NCBI GenBank assembly: GCA_964016885.1
Contig: OZ024741.1
Coordinates: 26,040,001-26,104,000 of the forward strand
Length of the DNA stretch: 64,000 nt
Origin: Eledone cirrhosa
Taxonomy: Eukaryota
Reading direction: 5' to 3'
Shown here: positions 28,163 to 40,300 of the stretch, one piece after another
Layout: every line of letters begins with the position of its first letter
How positions within the stretch are numbered: position 1 is the first letter of the stretch
Position numbers and translations under genes: made by a program
The notes under the pieces: model-generated
Database searches by the model: none
What the model was told of the DNA's origin: nothing
Seen by the model: only the letters and a program-made list of their open reading frames with translations

Positions 28163-28320
28163 GGTTATAATCACTAACTTAATAATGCAAAAGTTAGTTA
28201 TATTACTAAATCTCTACAAATTCTTGATTATTTTCAAAATTATTTGAAAATTATAGGCAGTCTCTTTTCTTTGGGAATATGGTGAGCAAGGGGTTAAACA
28301 TTGTCTGTTTATCATTTCAG

Positions 28321-28515
28321 AAGCGTCCGAGATTGCTGCTACTAAAATAAAAACTATTGAACAACCCAGTCATGTGCAACATATCATGAACAATGTAAAT
28401 GAACTGAAGAATAACCAGGAGAAAGTCACATCTAAGACGGCTCTTCCGATTCCTTCTGACCAAATGAAGTGCAACATCTTAAAGGCTAAACAACTTGAAG
28501 AACATGCTCATACAG
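28321..28515 (+). CDS. EPB41L5: Yurt/EPB41L5-like exon: (E)ASEIAATKIKTIEQ...PIPSDQMKCNILKAKQLEEHAHT
   Basis: atttcAG / GTAAGT; stop-free; phase 1 to 1. Confidence 0.88.
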
Positions 28516-28859
28516 GTAAGTCGTGTTGCTAGCAGCTCCAACAAAAAACAACCACCAAACAAACAACAGATCTTCTATGTGGTTGTTTGATGTGTTAGAA
28601 ATAGCAGTCAATTCTCTATATATGTTTTGACCCTGCCAGTCTGGTATTCCAGTTTCTACTACAATCTTTGACTATATCCTGCTGCACACATCTCTTCACT
28701 GCTGTTATTTACACCACTGTCTGCATCTCATACACCCTGTAAGGTTGCTAGTGGTAGGAAGGACACCAAGCTATGGAAACCATCCCAAAAAACGTTGAGA
28801 GGATGCTTCAGTTGTGTGAAGAGCATGACAACCTTATAAAGGTGTGATCTGAAGGGGAT

Positions 28860-29045
28860 TTCTGGCAGTATTGGTAGAGTGTCAGACAGCATGCTTTGTG
28901 GCATAGAGTTACGTTCTAAGTTCAAATCCCTCCAAGGCTTTCATCCTTATGGGGTCGATAAAATAAAGTACTAGTAATGTTCTGGGGTCAGTTTAATCGA
29001 CTTTCCCCTCCACAAGGCCTTGTGCTTGAATCAGAAATCCTTATT
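28860..29045 (+). mobile_element. SINE family 2, degenerate
   Basis: TGGCAGTATTGGTAGAG..GTTCAAATCCC..CATCCTTATGGGGTCGATAAAATAAAGTAC. Confidence 0.75.
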
Positions 29046-29146
29046 AATAGGTAAAGCGACCATGTAGATGTTCCTTCATTTGTTATTGTTATTTTTATTG
29101 TCTCAATTTTACCAAAATAAATTCTCTGCAATTTCTTTTCTTCCAG

Positions 29147-29177
29147 TGAAAACAGAAGTTATAACAGAATTCTTCAA
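29147..29177 (+). CDS. EPB41L5: 31-nt micro-exon (V)KTEVITEFF(K)
   Basis: Strong tttcttttcttccAG and GTAAGT; converts phase 1 to 2, as needed to join the 28515 and 29926 exons. Confidence 0.78.
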
Positions 29178-29925
29178 GTAAGTTGCCAATTGCCACTGAT
29201 TTTTTTTTTATATCAAAATATCTTTAATGCTATTTGTGTATGTATATGTATATTTGTATGAATGCATGTAAATGGATGGATCTGTCTATGTATGTGTATA
29301 TCTATCTGTGTGTTTTGTATGTCCATATATTTATGTATCTGTGTACATGTTAATGTGTGTCTGTGTGGTTGTTGTATTCCTGCATGTTTTAACAGAGCCG
29401 TCTCTAAGAAGCTGGTTTAGTTTGCACCTCTTCTGAAGTTATGGTCTTTCATTGTTAACTAACTGTAACAATGTTGTATTTTCCTGTTCACTTCTTGTGT
29501 ATGCCACTTCCTGTTAACCTTTGATGTGCCACTTCCTGTTGTGGAGCCATTTTCTTGTTACACATAACACAGTAAATGGTTGATTGAGTTGACTGAGCAA
29601 AATTTAGGAATAAATGAAGCCTGTGTCCAAGAGACAAACCTTACAGAAGGATGAAACTAAGGAATGAAGCATTTTAGAAAATCATGATACATTGCAGACG
29701 TAGGACACACAGGCTGTCCCATGTCACCAATATGGAGAAATAATTAAAAAAAAAATGTAAAGACAAGAAGGTAGAATATAGAATAATGATATATTTGTTC
29801 TGTTTTTTTTTTGTTTCGTTTTATGTGCTTTTCTATTCTTTACTTTTCTATTTTGTTTGTTCTGTATGTAAATCCTTTACCTTAAAGCATGCATTGCCAG
29901 TATTATGAAGTGGTATTCATTTCAG

Positions 29926-30087
29926 ACCTAATTCTGAGATATCCATTAATGAAAACGATGTTGTTGATGCTGCTACAACTGATACTACTACTATTACTAC
30001 TGCTACTATAAAGTCCTGTAATGAGCTACAGGAAGAACATTCCAGAGATGCCTTTTTAGCAGCCAATTCTAACTCTGATGAGAAAAG
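29926..30087 (+). CDS. EPB41L5: Yurt/EPB41L5-like exon (K)PNSEISINENDVVDAATTDTTT...NSNSDEK
   Basis: atttcAG / AG-GTATCC; open; phase 2 to 2. Confidence 0.72.
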
Positions 30088-30318
30088 GTATCCTCACACT
30101 GTTCATTTGTAAAAATCTGGCTCTAGCCTTAGACTTCAGAAGAAAAGCTCTACCAGTTGGTAACTAGCTACATAGACAACTAGCCAATTAATCACCTAGC
30201 TAACTAGCCAGCTACACACCCAAACAACTAGCCATCTAACCAGTTAGTCAGCTAACCAATTAGCCAGCTAGTCAGCTAATATTATTAATAAACCCTAACA
30301 GCTAATATTATTAACAAA

Positions 30319-30540
30319 GGGCGGTGGATTGGCAGTATCGGTAGAGGGTCGGACACCATGCTTTGCAGCAAAGAGTTACGGCCCTTTATGGTCTGATTTC
30401 AAATCCCGCTGAGGTTAACTTTGCCTTTCATCCTTACGAAGTTGATAAAATATAATACCAGTCGCGCACTGGGGTCGATTTAATCGACTTCCCCCTCCCC
30501 CAAAATTGCTGGTCTTGTGCCTATATAAGAAACCATTATT
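30319..30540 (+). mobile_element. full-length SINE family 2
   Basis: GGCGGTGGATTGGCAGTATCGG head, TTCAAATCCC B-box-like, GAAACCATTATT tail; TTATTAACAAA on both sides. Confidence 0.85.
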
Positions 30541-30669
30541 AACAAACCCTGTAACTAACAGAAAACTAATTGTGATGCTATACTAATATAACTGCTTTAA
30601 AACTTTAACATATGCTCATCCATTTTAACATATCTATGACAACTTGTTTATAAAGTGAAGTCAGATCTA

Positions 30670-31290
30670 TTACTAACAAATCCCACAGATGGTGAGACAC
30701 AGCCAGTAGTGTATTTAGAGTTTGTACCATCCAGGAGCAGTCTTTGAGTTTCCACCCCACCAACAACAAATCCTGCTGATGATAGGGTACAAGCAGGGAG
30801 GAGGTCCTTGAGTTTCCACCCCACCATGAATAAATCACATAGATGACGGGGCATAGCCAATGGTGTTAATAGAACTTGTGAAACCTGGAGGGAGGGGTTC
30901 TTAAGTTTCCATCCCACCATGAATAAATCACATAGCTGACAGGCCATAGCCAATGGTGTAGATAGGGCTTGTGAAACCTGGAGGGAGGGGTTCTTGAGTT
31001 TTGACCCATCATGAACAGGGCACAGTTAATGATGTCAGCTGGAGGGAGGTGTAGATAGGGCTTGTGAAACCTGGAGGGAGGGGTTCTTGAGTTTTGACCC
31101 ATCATGAACAGGGCACAGTTAATGATGTCAGCTGGAGGGAGGAGTTATTGAATTTTCACCCACCAAATAAATTCCACAGATGATGAAGCCCAGCCAATGG
31201 TGTATCTAGAGCTTGTGTCAACTGGAGAGAAGGTTTCTTCAGTTTCCATCCACCATGAACAAATCCTACACATATAACTAGAGTTTGTGC
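30670..31290. repeat. degenerate ~90-110-bp tandem repeat, including an exact 93-bp duplication (30955/31048)
   Basis: Recurring CTTGTGAAACCTGGAGGGAGGGGTTCTT..CCACCATGAA. Confidence 0.8.
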
Positions 31291-31684
31291 CACCTATGGC
31301 ACCCTACTATGAAATACATAGTGCTGTAGACCAAAAGCTGTTCATCTCAAAAGTGTCATCCGGGGTGAACTACACCTTCTAGCTATACTACAGGATATGG
31401 CATTAAAATGGGGTTTTCTTTTTGTTGGGGGAGGGGGAATATTATTGAGTAATCTGAATCTTGAAAGTTTTCATTAGTTCTTTCACCTTTGTTGTTGCTA
31501 ACAAATTTTAACATTGACACTTTGCTCATTATTAAACTAATTTAAATATTTACTAATTAAACTGCTTTACTACTACTGTACATCATATCCTGAAACTATG
31601 GTAAGCTTATATCTTTGTATAAGTCACATTTTTCCACTAAAATAGAATGTGATAAACTAAAATGTTATTTATCTACAGGGCCAA

Positions 31685-32215
31685 CAAAACCTCAATTCAA
31701 AATATATGGTACATTGTAAATGTTGTATGTAAAATGGTGGTGTGACTTATCTACTAGACCTACAAAACCTCAATTCAAAATATATGGTACATTGTAAATG
31801 TTGTATGTAAAATGGTGGTGTGACTTATCTACTAGACCTACAAAACCTCAATTCAAAATATATGGTATATTGTAAATGTTGTATGTAAAATGGTGGTGTG
31901 ACTTATCTACTAGACCTACAAAACCTCAATTCAAAATATATGGTATATTGTAAATGTTGTATGTAAAATGGTGGTGTGACTTATCTACTAGACCTACAAA
32001 ACCTCAATTCAAAATATATGGTATATTGTAAATGTTGTATGTAAAATGGTGGTGTGACTTATCTACTAGACCTACAAAACCTCAATTCAAAATATATGGT
32101 ATATTGTAAATGTTGTATGTAAAATGGTGGTGTGACTTATCTACTAGACCTACAAAACCTCAATTCAAAATATATGGTATATTGTAAATGTTGTATGTAA
32201 AATGGTGGTGTGACT
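31685..32215. repeat. 78-bp tandem repeat, ~6.8 near-identical copies
   Basis: CAAAACCTCAATTC at 31685, 31763, 31841, 31919, 31997, 32075, 32153. Confidence 0.97.
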
Positions 32216-33030
32216 AAGGCTGCCAAAACCTTTTTCTCAATAATACCAAAAACTGTTTCAAAAGTACTAAAATATAAAAAACATACCAAATCCAATCAAT
32301 ATAAAACTCCACAAATATTATAAAACGAAAATGTTTTACATTTACTTTATATATTTTAATTAAAAAGAAATGTCTTCTTCCACACTTTTCTTGCTGTACC
32401 AGTTTCTTGTAGTTTCAGACAAAGTTACAGTTGTGGATGTCACTTAGTGCAGTCAACATCTTACAACCTAGATCTTAACAGGGCATTTAATGTTGATGTT
32501 TTTAAAGCATGGTGATTTTTTGTTTTTATATTGTTGAGAAGAGAAAAATCTCTGCAGCTGCTGAAGAATATAGCAATGAAAGAAGTTCCATCATGAACTT
32601 AATAATGGGTAGCGATATATGTCACCACATTTTTCTTGTGAAACAAGAAACCTGTATTTCTCAAGCTCATTTTGTGCATTAAGAGATGTGTCTTGCAGAG
32701 TCAATTCCCTCCATTCTCTATTCATTTGTTGATATTGGTCTTCATGCACAAGGTTGGAAAATTTCATTGATCAATTTTGGTTTACCTTCATTAACATTGG
32801 TCGGATCAAAAGCTTCAAGTAGCTCTAAATTTGTAAACATGTCTTTGACACAACTCAAGGTTCCTCCCAACCAAAAATATCATGTAGCTAAATGATAGAT
32901 TTACATAGCACTGAGAGAAGCTGAAAACAGGAAGTTTACCATTGTTCTGCAACATGAGAATCAATGGTGTGAGATCCTCTGTATTGCAAAGCAGTGGGTC
33001 AGTGTGATTCATGGTGTCATTTAGATAAAA
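32216..33030 (-). mobile_element. degraded hAT-superfamily transposase 3' fragment
   Basis: Across frameshifts the minus strand reads QMNREWREL...RYPLL/KFMMELLSLLYSSAAAE/FSLLNNIKTK..LKTSTLNALL, a hAT C-terminal dimerization motif. Possible terminus TAAGGCTGCCAA at 32216. Confidence 0.6.
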
Positions 33031-33366
33031 GTATATTCAGAATGAAGCGCCCAGTCCCCACTATAAAGTGGTCATGTAGGTGTCGCGACAAAAAAGCGCC
33101 CAGTCCACACTGTCAAGTGATCATGTAGATGTCACAACAAAAATCACCCAGTCCACCCAGTTCTGTATGACCAAGACATGGTCATCGGACCTGGCTTGTC
33201 TCACAACTGGGCAACTCGTCTAAACCATGGTAGCATGGAAAAATGGACGTTAAACAGTGTTGATGATGATGATGGCAGACTTAGCACCACCAATCCTCAG
33301 AGAAAAGAGGCAACACAATATTACTATGGAAAGTTGCTGAATGTGTAAAGGAGATATGAATAGAAA

Positions 33367-36300
33367 TTGCCCCCAGTAGACTCAACAGAGAAACTACCTC
33401 CAGTAGACCCAACAGAGAGACTACCCCCAGTGGACCCAACAGAGAGACTACCCCCAGTGGACCCAACAGAGAGACTACCCCCAGTGGACCCAACAGAGAG
33501 ACTACCCCCCAGTGGACCCAACAGAGAAACTACCCCCAGTAGACCCAACAGAGAAACTACCTCCAGTAGACCCAACAGAGAAACTACCTCCAGTAGACCC
33601 AACAGAGAGACTACCCCCAGTAGACCCAACAGAGAGACTACCCCCAGTAGACCCAACAGAGAGACTACCCCCAGTGGACCCAACAGAGAGACTACCCCCA
33701 GTGGACCCAACAGAGAGACTACCCCCAGTGGACCCAACAGAGAGACTACCTCCAGTAGACCCAACAGAGAGACTACCCCCAGTAGACCCAACAGAGAGAC
33801 TACCCCCAGTGGACCCAACAGAGAGACTACCCCCAGTGGACCCAACAGAGAGACTACCCCCAGTGGACCCAACAGAGAGACTACCCCCAGTGGACCCAAC
33901 AGAGAGACTACCCCCAGTGGACCCAACAGAGAGACTACCCCCAGTGGACCCACCAGAGAAACTACCTCCAGTAGACCCAACAGAGAGACTACCCCCAGTA
34001 GACCCAACAGAGAGACTACCCCCAGTGGACCCAACAGAGAGACTACCCCCAGTAGACCCAACAGAGACTACCTCCAGTAGACCCAACAGAGAGACTACCC
34101 CCAGTAGACCCAACAGAGAGACTACCCCCAGTAGACCCAACAGAGAGACTACCCCCAGTGGACCCAACAGAGAGACTACCCCCAGTAGACCCAACAGAGA
34201 CTACCTCCAGTAGACCCAACAGAGAGACTACCCCCAGTAGACCCAACAGAGAGACTACCCCCAGTAGACCCAACAGAGAGACTACCCCCAGTGGACCCAA
34301 CAGAGACTACCCCCAGTAGACCCAACAAAGAGACTACCCCCAGTAGACCCAACAGAGAAACTACCCCCAGTAGACCCAACAGAGAGACTACCCCCAGTGG
34401 ACCCAACAGAGAAACTACCCCCAGTGGACCCAACAGAGAGACTACCCCCAGTAGACCCAACAGAGAAACTACCCCCAGTAGACCCAACAGAGAGACTACC
34501 CCCAGTAGACCCAACAGAGACTACCCCCAGTAGACCCAACAGAGAGACTACCCCCAGTGGACACAACAGAGAGACTACCCCCAGTAGACCCAACAGAGAG
34601 ACTACCCCCAGTAGACCCAACAGAGAGACTACCCCCAGTAGACCCAACAGAGAGACTACCCCCAGTAGACCCAACAGAGAGACTACCCCCAGTAGACCCA
34701 ATAGAGAGACTACCCCCAGTGGACCCAACAGAGAGACTACCCCCCAGTAGACCCAACAGAGAGACTACCCATAGTGGACCCAACAGAGAGACTACCCCCA
34801 GTAGACCCAACAGAGAGACTACCCATAGTGGACCCAACAGAGAGACTACCCCCAGTAGACCCAACAGAGAGACTACCCCCAGTAGACCCAACAGAGAGAC
34901 TACCCCCAGTAGACCCAACAGAGAGACTACCCCCAGTAGACCCAACAGAGAGACTACCCCCAGTGGACCCACCAGAGAGACTACCCCCAGTAGACCCAAC
35001 AGAGAGACTACCCCCAGTAGACCCAACAGAGAGACTACCCCCAGTAGACCCAACAGAGAAACTACCCCCAGTAGACCCAACAGAGAAACTACCCCCAGTA
35101 GACCCAACAGAGAGACTACCCCCAGTAGACCCAACAGAGAAACTACCCCCAGTGGACCCAACAGAGAGACTACCCCCAGTAGACCCAACAGAGAGACTAC
35201 CCCCAGTAGACCCAACAGAGAGACTACCCATAGTGGACCCAACAGAGAAACTACCCCCAGTGGACCCAACAGAGAAACTACCCCCATGTACCCAACAGAG
35301 AGACTACCCCCAGTAGACCCAACAGAGAGACTACCCATAGTGGACCCAACAGAGAAACTACCCCCAGTGGACCCAACAGAGAGACTACCCCCAGTGGACC
35401 CAACAGAGAGACTACCCCCAGTAGACCCAACAGAGAGACTACCCATAGTGGACCCACCAGAGAGACTAGACCCAACAGAGAGACTACCCCCAGTGGACCC
35501 AACAGAGAGACTACCCCCAGTGGACCCAACAGAGAGACTACCCCCAGTGGACCCAACAGAGAGACTACCCCCAGTGGACCCAACAGAGAGGCTACCCATA
35601 GTGGACCCAACAGAGAGACTACCTCCAGTAGACCCAACAGAGAGACTACCCCCAGTAGACCCAACAGAGAGACTACCCCCAGTGGACCTAACAGAGAGAC
35701 TACCCCCAGTGGACCCAACAGAGAGACTACCCCCAGTAGACCCAACAGAGAGGCTACCCATAGTGGACCCAACAGAGAGACTACCCATAGTGGACCCAAC
35801 AGAGAGACTACCCCCAGTGGACCCAACAGAGAGACTACCCCCAGTAGACCCAACAGAGAGACTACCCATAGTGGACCCAACAGAGAGACTACCCATAGTG
35901 GACCCAACAGAGAGACTACCCATAGTGGACCCAACAGAGAGACTATCCCCAGTAGACCCAACAGAGAGACTACCCCCAGTGGACCCAACAGAGAGACTAC
36001 CCCCAGTGGACCCAACAGAGAGACTACCCCCAGTAGACCCAACAGAGAGACTACCCATAGTGGACCCAACAGAGAGACTACCCATAGTGGACCCAACAGA
36101 GAGACTACCCCCAGTGGACCCAACAGAGAGACTACCCATAGTGGACCCAACAGAGAGACTACTCCCAGTGGACCCAACAGAGAGACTACCCCCAGTGGAC
36201 CCAACAGAGAAACTACCCCCAGTAGACCCAACAGAGAGACTACCCCCAGTAGACCCAACAGAGAGGCTACCCATAGTGGACCCAACAGAGAGACTACCCA

Positions 36301-36755
36301 TAGTGGACCCAACAGAGAGACTACCCCCAGTGGACCCAACAGAGAGACTACCCCCAGTAGACCCAACAGAGAGACTACCCATAGTGGACCCAACAGAGAG
36401 ACTACCCATAGTGGACCCAACAGAGAGACTACCCATAGTGGACCCAACAGAGAGACTACCCCCAGTGGACCCAACAGAGAGACTACCCCCAGTAGACCCA
36501 ACAGAGAGACTACCCATAGTGGACCCAACAGAGAGACTACCCATAGTGGACCCAACAGAGAGACTACCCATAGTGGACCCAACAGAGAGACTACCCCCAG
36601 TGGATCCAACAGAGAGACTACCCATAGTGGACCCAACAGAGAGACTACCCCCAGTAGACCCAACAGAGAGACTACCCATAGTGGACCCAACAGAGAGACT
36701 ACCCCCAGTGGACCCAACAGAGAGACTACCCCCAGTAGACCCAACAGAGAGACTA
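33367..36755. repeat. 27-bp minisatellite (GACCCAACAGAGAGACTACCCCCAGTR), ~125 copies; intronic
   Basis: Direct periodicity; 1-2 nt indels switch reading frames. Confidence 0.98.
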
Positions 36756-36977
36756 GGTATCAAAGGAAGAGAGATAAAAGATATACTTTAAACAATTCAA
36801 CATGCCTTGGCTGACAGTATATACAGAACATACTTTTTCTATTTAATCTTCTATTTCTCACTCTACCTTCTAGACTAGTGTCTGATTTGTAAATACTCTT
36901 TTCCTACTATATCAAGTGTTAAACTAATATATTTCTTCATTGTAGTGTGTTGTTTGCTTTGCTGTTTCTGTTTACTT

Positions 36978-37023
<46 letters not shown>

Positions 37024-37164
37024 TACACACACATATAATGTGTGCATGTGTAAATCTGTGAAGAATAAATATTCATGACAATATAGCATTTCAAGAAAAA
37101 AACTCAATACAAGAAGTAGAGTGTAATGGTTTATTATTAAGACTGTCATAATTTCTTATTACAG

Positions 37165-37239
37165 TGGTCAAGAAGATAACAGTCGTCTAAAGAAACCGAA
37201 ATCTATAAGTTCAACTTCGTCCACATCCAGTTGTAATGG
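37165..37239 (+). CDS. EPB41L5: 75-nt Yurt/EPB41L5-like exon (S)GQEDNSRLKKPKSISSTSSTSSCN(G)
   Basis: tttcttattacAG / GG-GTAATT; phase 2 to 2. Confidence 0.75.
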
Positions 37240-37365
37240 GTAATTATCTGACTCCTTTTTAATTTCTATTTATTGTTTGTTGGTGAGAAGATTTATGTGT
37301 ATAAGAAGGTGTGTAGCCTACTGGTCTTGTGAGTTCACGTCCTGCATTGGGTAGCAGTCAGTGGT

Positions 37366-40300
37366 AAGAAACTCTCAGGGGAGCTGGACAACAGAAGGTC
37401 TTTGGAAAAGAAACTGCCAGGAGAGCTGGACAGCAGAAGGTCTTTGAAGAAGAAACTGTCAGGAGAGCTGGCCAGCAGAAGGTCTTTGGAGAAGAAACTG
37501 CGAGGAGAGCTGGACAGCAGAAGGTCTTTGGAGAAGAAACTGCCAGGAGAGCTGGACAGCAGAAGTTCTTTGGAAAAGAAACTGTCAGGAGAGCTGGACA
37601 GCAGAAGGTCTTTGGAGAAGAAACTGCCAGGAGAACTGGACAGCAGAAGGTCTTTGGAGAAGAAACTGTCAGGAGAGCTGGACAGTAGGTCTTTGGAGAA
37701 GAAACTGCTAGGAGAGCTGGACAGCAGGTCTTTGGAAAAGAAACTGCCAGGAGAGCTGGACAGCAGAAGGTCTTCAGAGAAGAAACTGTCAGAAGAGCTG
37801 GACAGTAGAAGGTCTTCAGAGAAGAAACTGTCAGGAGAGCTGGCCAGCAGAAGGTCTTCAGAGAAGAAACTGTCAGGAGAGCTGGACAGTAGAAGACCTT
37901 CAGAGAAGAAACTGTCAGAAGAGCTGGACAGTAGAAGGTCTTTGGAGAAGAAACTGTCAGGAGAGCTGGACAGTAGAAGGTCTTCAGAGAAGAAACTGTC
38001 AGGAGAGCTGGACAGTAGAAGATCTTCAGAGAAGAAACTGTCAGGAGAGCTGGCCAGCAGAAGGTCTTTGGAGAAGAAACTGTCAGGAGAGCTGGACAGT
38101 AGAAGGTCTTCAGAGAAGAAACTGTGAGGAGAGCTGGCCCGCAGAAGGTCTTCAGAGAAGAAACTGTCGGGAGAGCTGGACAGTAGAAGATCTTCAGAGA
38201 AGAAACTGTCAGGAGAGCTGGCCAGCAGAAGATCTTCAGAGAAGAAACTGTCAGGAGAGCTGGACAGTAGAAGATCTTCAGAGAAGAAACTGTCAGGAGA
38301 GCTGGCCAGCAGAAGATCTTCAGAGAAGAAACTGTCAGGAGAGCTGGCCAGCAGAAGATCTTCAGAGAAGAAACTGTCAGGAGAGCTGGACAGTAGAAGA
38401 TCTTCAGAGAAGAAACTGTCAGGAGAGCTGGACAGTAGAAGATCTTCAGAGAAGAAACTGTCAGGAGAGCTGGACAGTAGAAGATCTTCAGAGAAGAAAC
38501 TGTCAGGAGAGCTGGACAGTAGAAGATCTTCAGAGAAGGAACTGTCAGGAGAGCTGGACAGTAGAAGATCTTCAGAGAAGAAACTGTCAGGAGAGCTGGA
38601 CAGTAGAAGATCTTCAGAGAAGAAACTGTCAGGAGAGCTGGACAGTAGAAGATCTTCAGAGAAGAAACTGTCAGGAGAGCTGGACAGTAGAAGATCTTCA
38701 GAGAAGAAACTGTCAGGAGAGCTGGCCAGCAGAAGATCTTCAGAGAAGAAACTGTCAGGAGAGCTGGACAGTAGAAGATCTTCAGAGAAGAGACTGTGAG
38801 GAGAGCTGGACAGTAGAAGATCTTCAGAGAAGAAACTGTCAGGAGAGCTGGCCAGTAGAAGGTCTTTGGAGAAGAAACTGTCAGGAGAGCTGGACAGTAG
38901 AAGATCTTCAGAGAAGAAACTGTCAGGAGAGCTGGCCAGCAGAAGATCTTCAGAGAAGAAACTGTCAGGAGAGCTGGACAGTAGAAGATCTTCAGAGAAG
39001 AAACTGTCAGGAGAGCTGGCCAGCAGAAGATCTTCAGAGAAGAAACTGTCAGGAGAGCTGGCCAGCAGAAGATCTTCAGAGAAGAAACTGTCAGGAGAGC
39101 TGGACAGTAGAAGATCTTCAGAGAAGAAACTGTCAGGAGAGCTGGACAGCAGAAGATCTTCAGAGAAGAAACTGTCAGGAGAGCTGGCCAGCAGAAGATC
39201 TTCAGAGAAGAAACTGTCAGGAGAGCTGGACAGTAGAAGATCTTCAGAGAAGAAACTGTCAGGAGAGCTGGACAGCAGAAGATCTTCAGAGAAGAAACTG
39301 TCAGGAGAGCTGGACAGTAGAAGATCTTCAGAGAAGAAACTGTCAGGAGAGCTGGACAGCAGAAGATCTTCAGAGAAGAAACTGTCAGGAGAGCTGGACA
39401 GTAGAAGATCTTCAGAGAAGAAACTGTCAGGAGAGCTGGACAGCAGAAGATCTTCAGAGAAGAAACTGTCAGGAGAGCTGGCCAGCAGAAGATCTTCAGA
39501 GAAGAAACTGTCAGGAGAGCTGGACAGTAGAAGATCTTCAGAGAAGAAACTGTCAGGAGAGCTGGCCAGCAGAAGATCTTCAGAGAAGAAACTGTCAGGA
39601 GAGCTGGACAGTAGAAGATCTTCAGAGAAGAAACTGTCAGGAGAGCTGGACAGCAGAAGATCTTCAGAGAAGAAACTGTCAGGAGAGCTGGACAGTAGAA
39701 GATCTTCAGAGAAGAAACTGTCAGGAGAGCTGGACAGCAGAAGATCTTCAGAGAAGAAACTGTCAGGAGAGCTGGCCAGCAGAAGATCTTCAGACAAGAA
39801 ACTGTCAGGAGAGCTGGACAGTAGAAGATCTTCAGAGAAGAAACTGTCAGGAGAGCTGGACAGTAGAAGATCTTCAGAGAAGAAACTGTCAGGAGAGCTG
39901 GACAGTAGAAGATCTTCAGAGAAGAAACTGTCAGGAGAGCTGGCCAGCAGAAGATCTTCAGAGAAGAAACTGTCAGGAGAGCTGGACAGTAGAAGATCTT
40001 CAGAGAAGAAACTGTGAGGAGAGCTGGACAGTAGAAGATCTTCAGAGAAGAAACTGTCAGGAGAGCTGGACAGTAGAAGATCTTCAGAGAAGAAACTGTC
40101 AGGAGAGCTGGCCAGTAGAAGGTCTTTGGAGAAGAAACTGTCAGGAGAGCTGGACAGTAGAAGATCTTCAGAGAAGAAACTGTCAGGAGAGCTGGCCAGC
40201 AGAAGATCTTCAGAGAAGAAACTGTCAGGAGAGCTGGCCAGCAGAAGATCTTCAGAGAAGAAACTGTCAGGAGAGCTGGACAGTAGAAGATCTTCAGAGA

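Noticed and set aside
33281-36791. PPVDPTERL / SRPNRETTP mucin-like ORFs
   Set aside because: The 27-bp unit is open in several frames, with many 1-2 nt frameshifts and no convincing splice sites.
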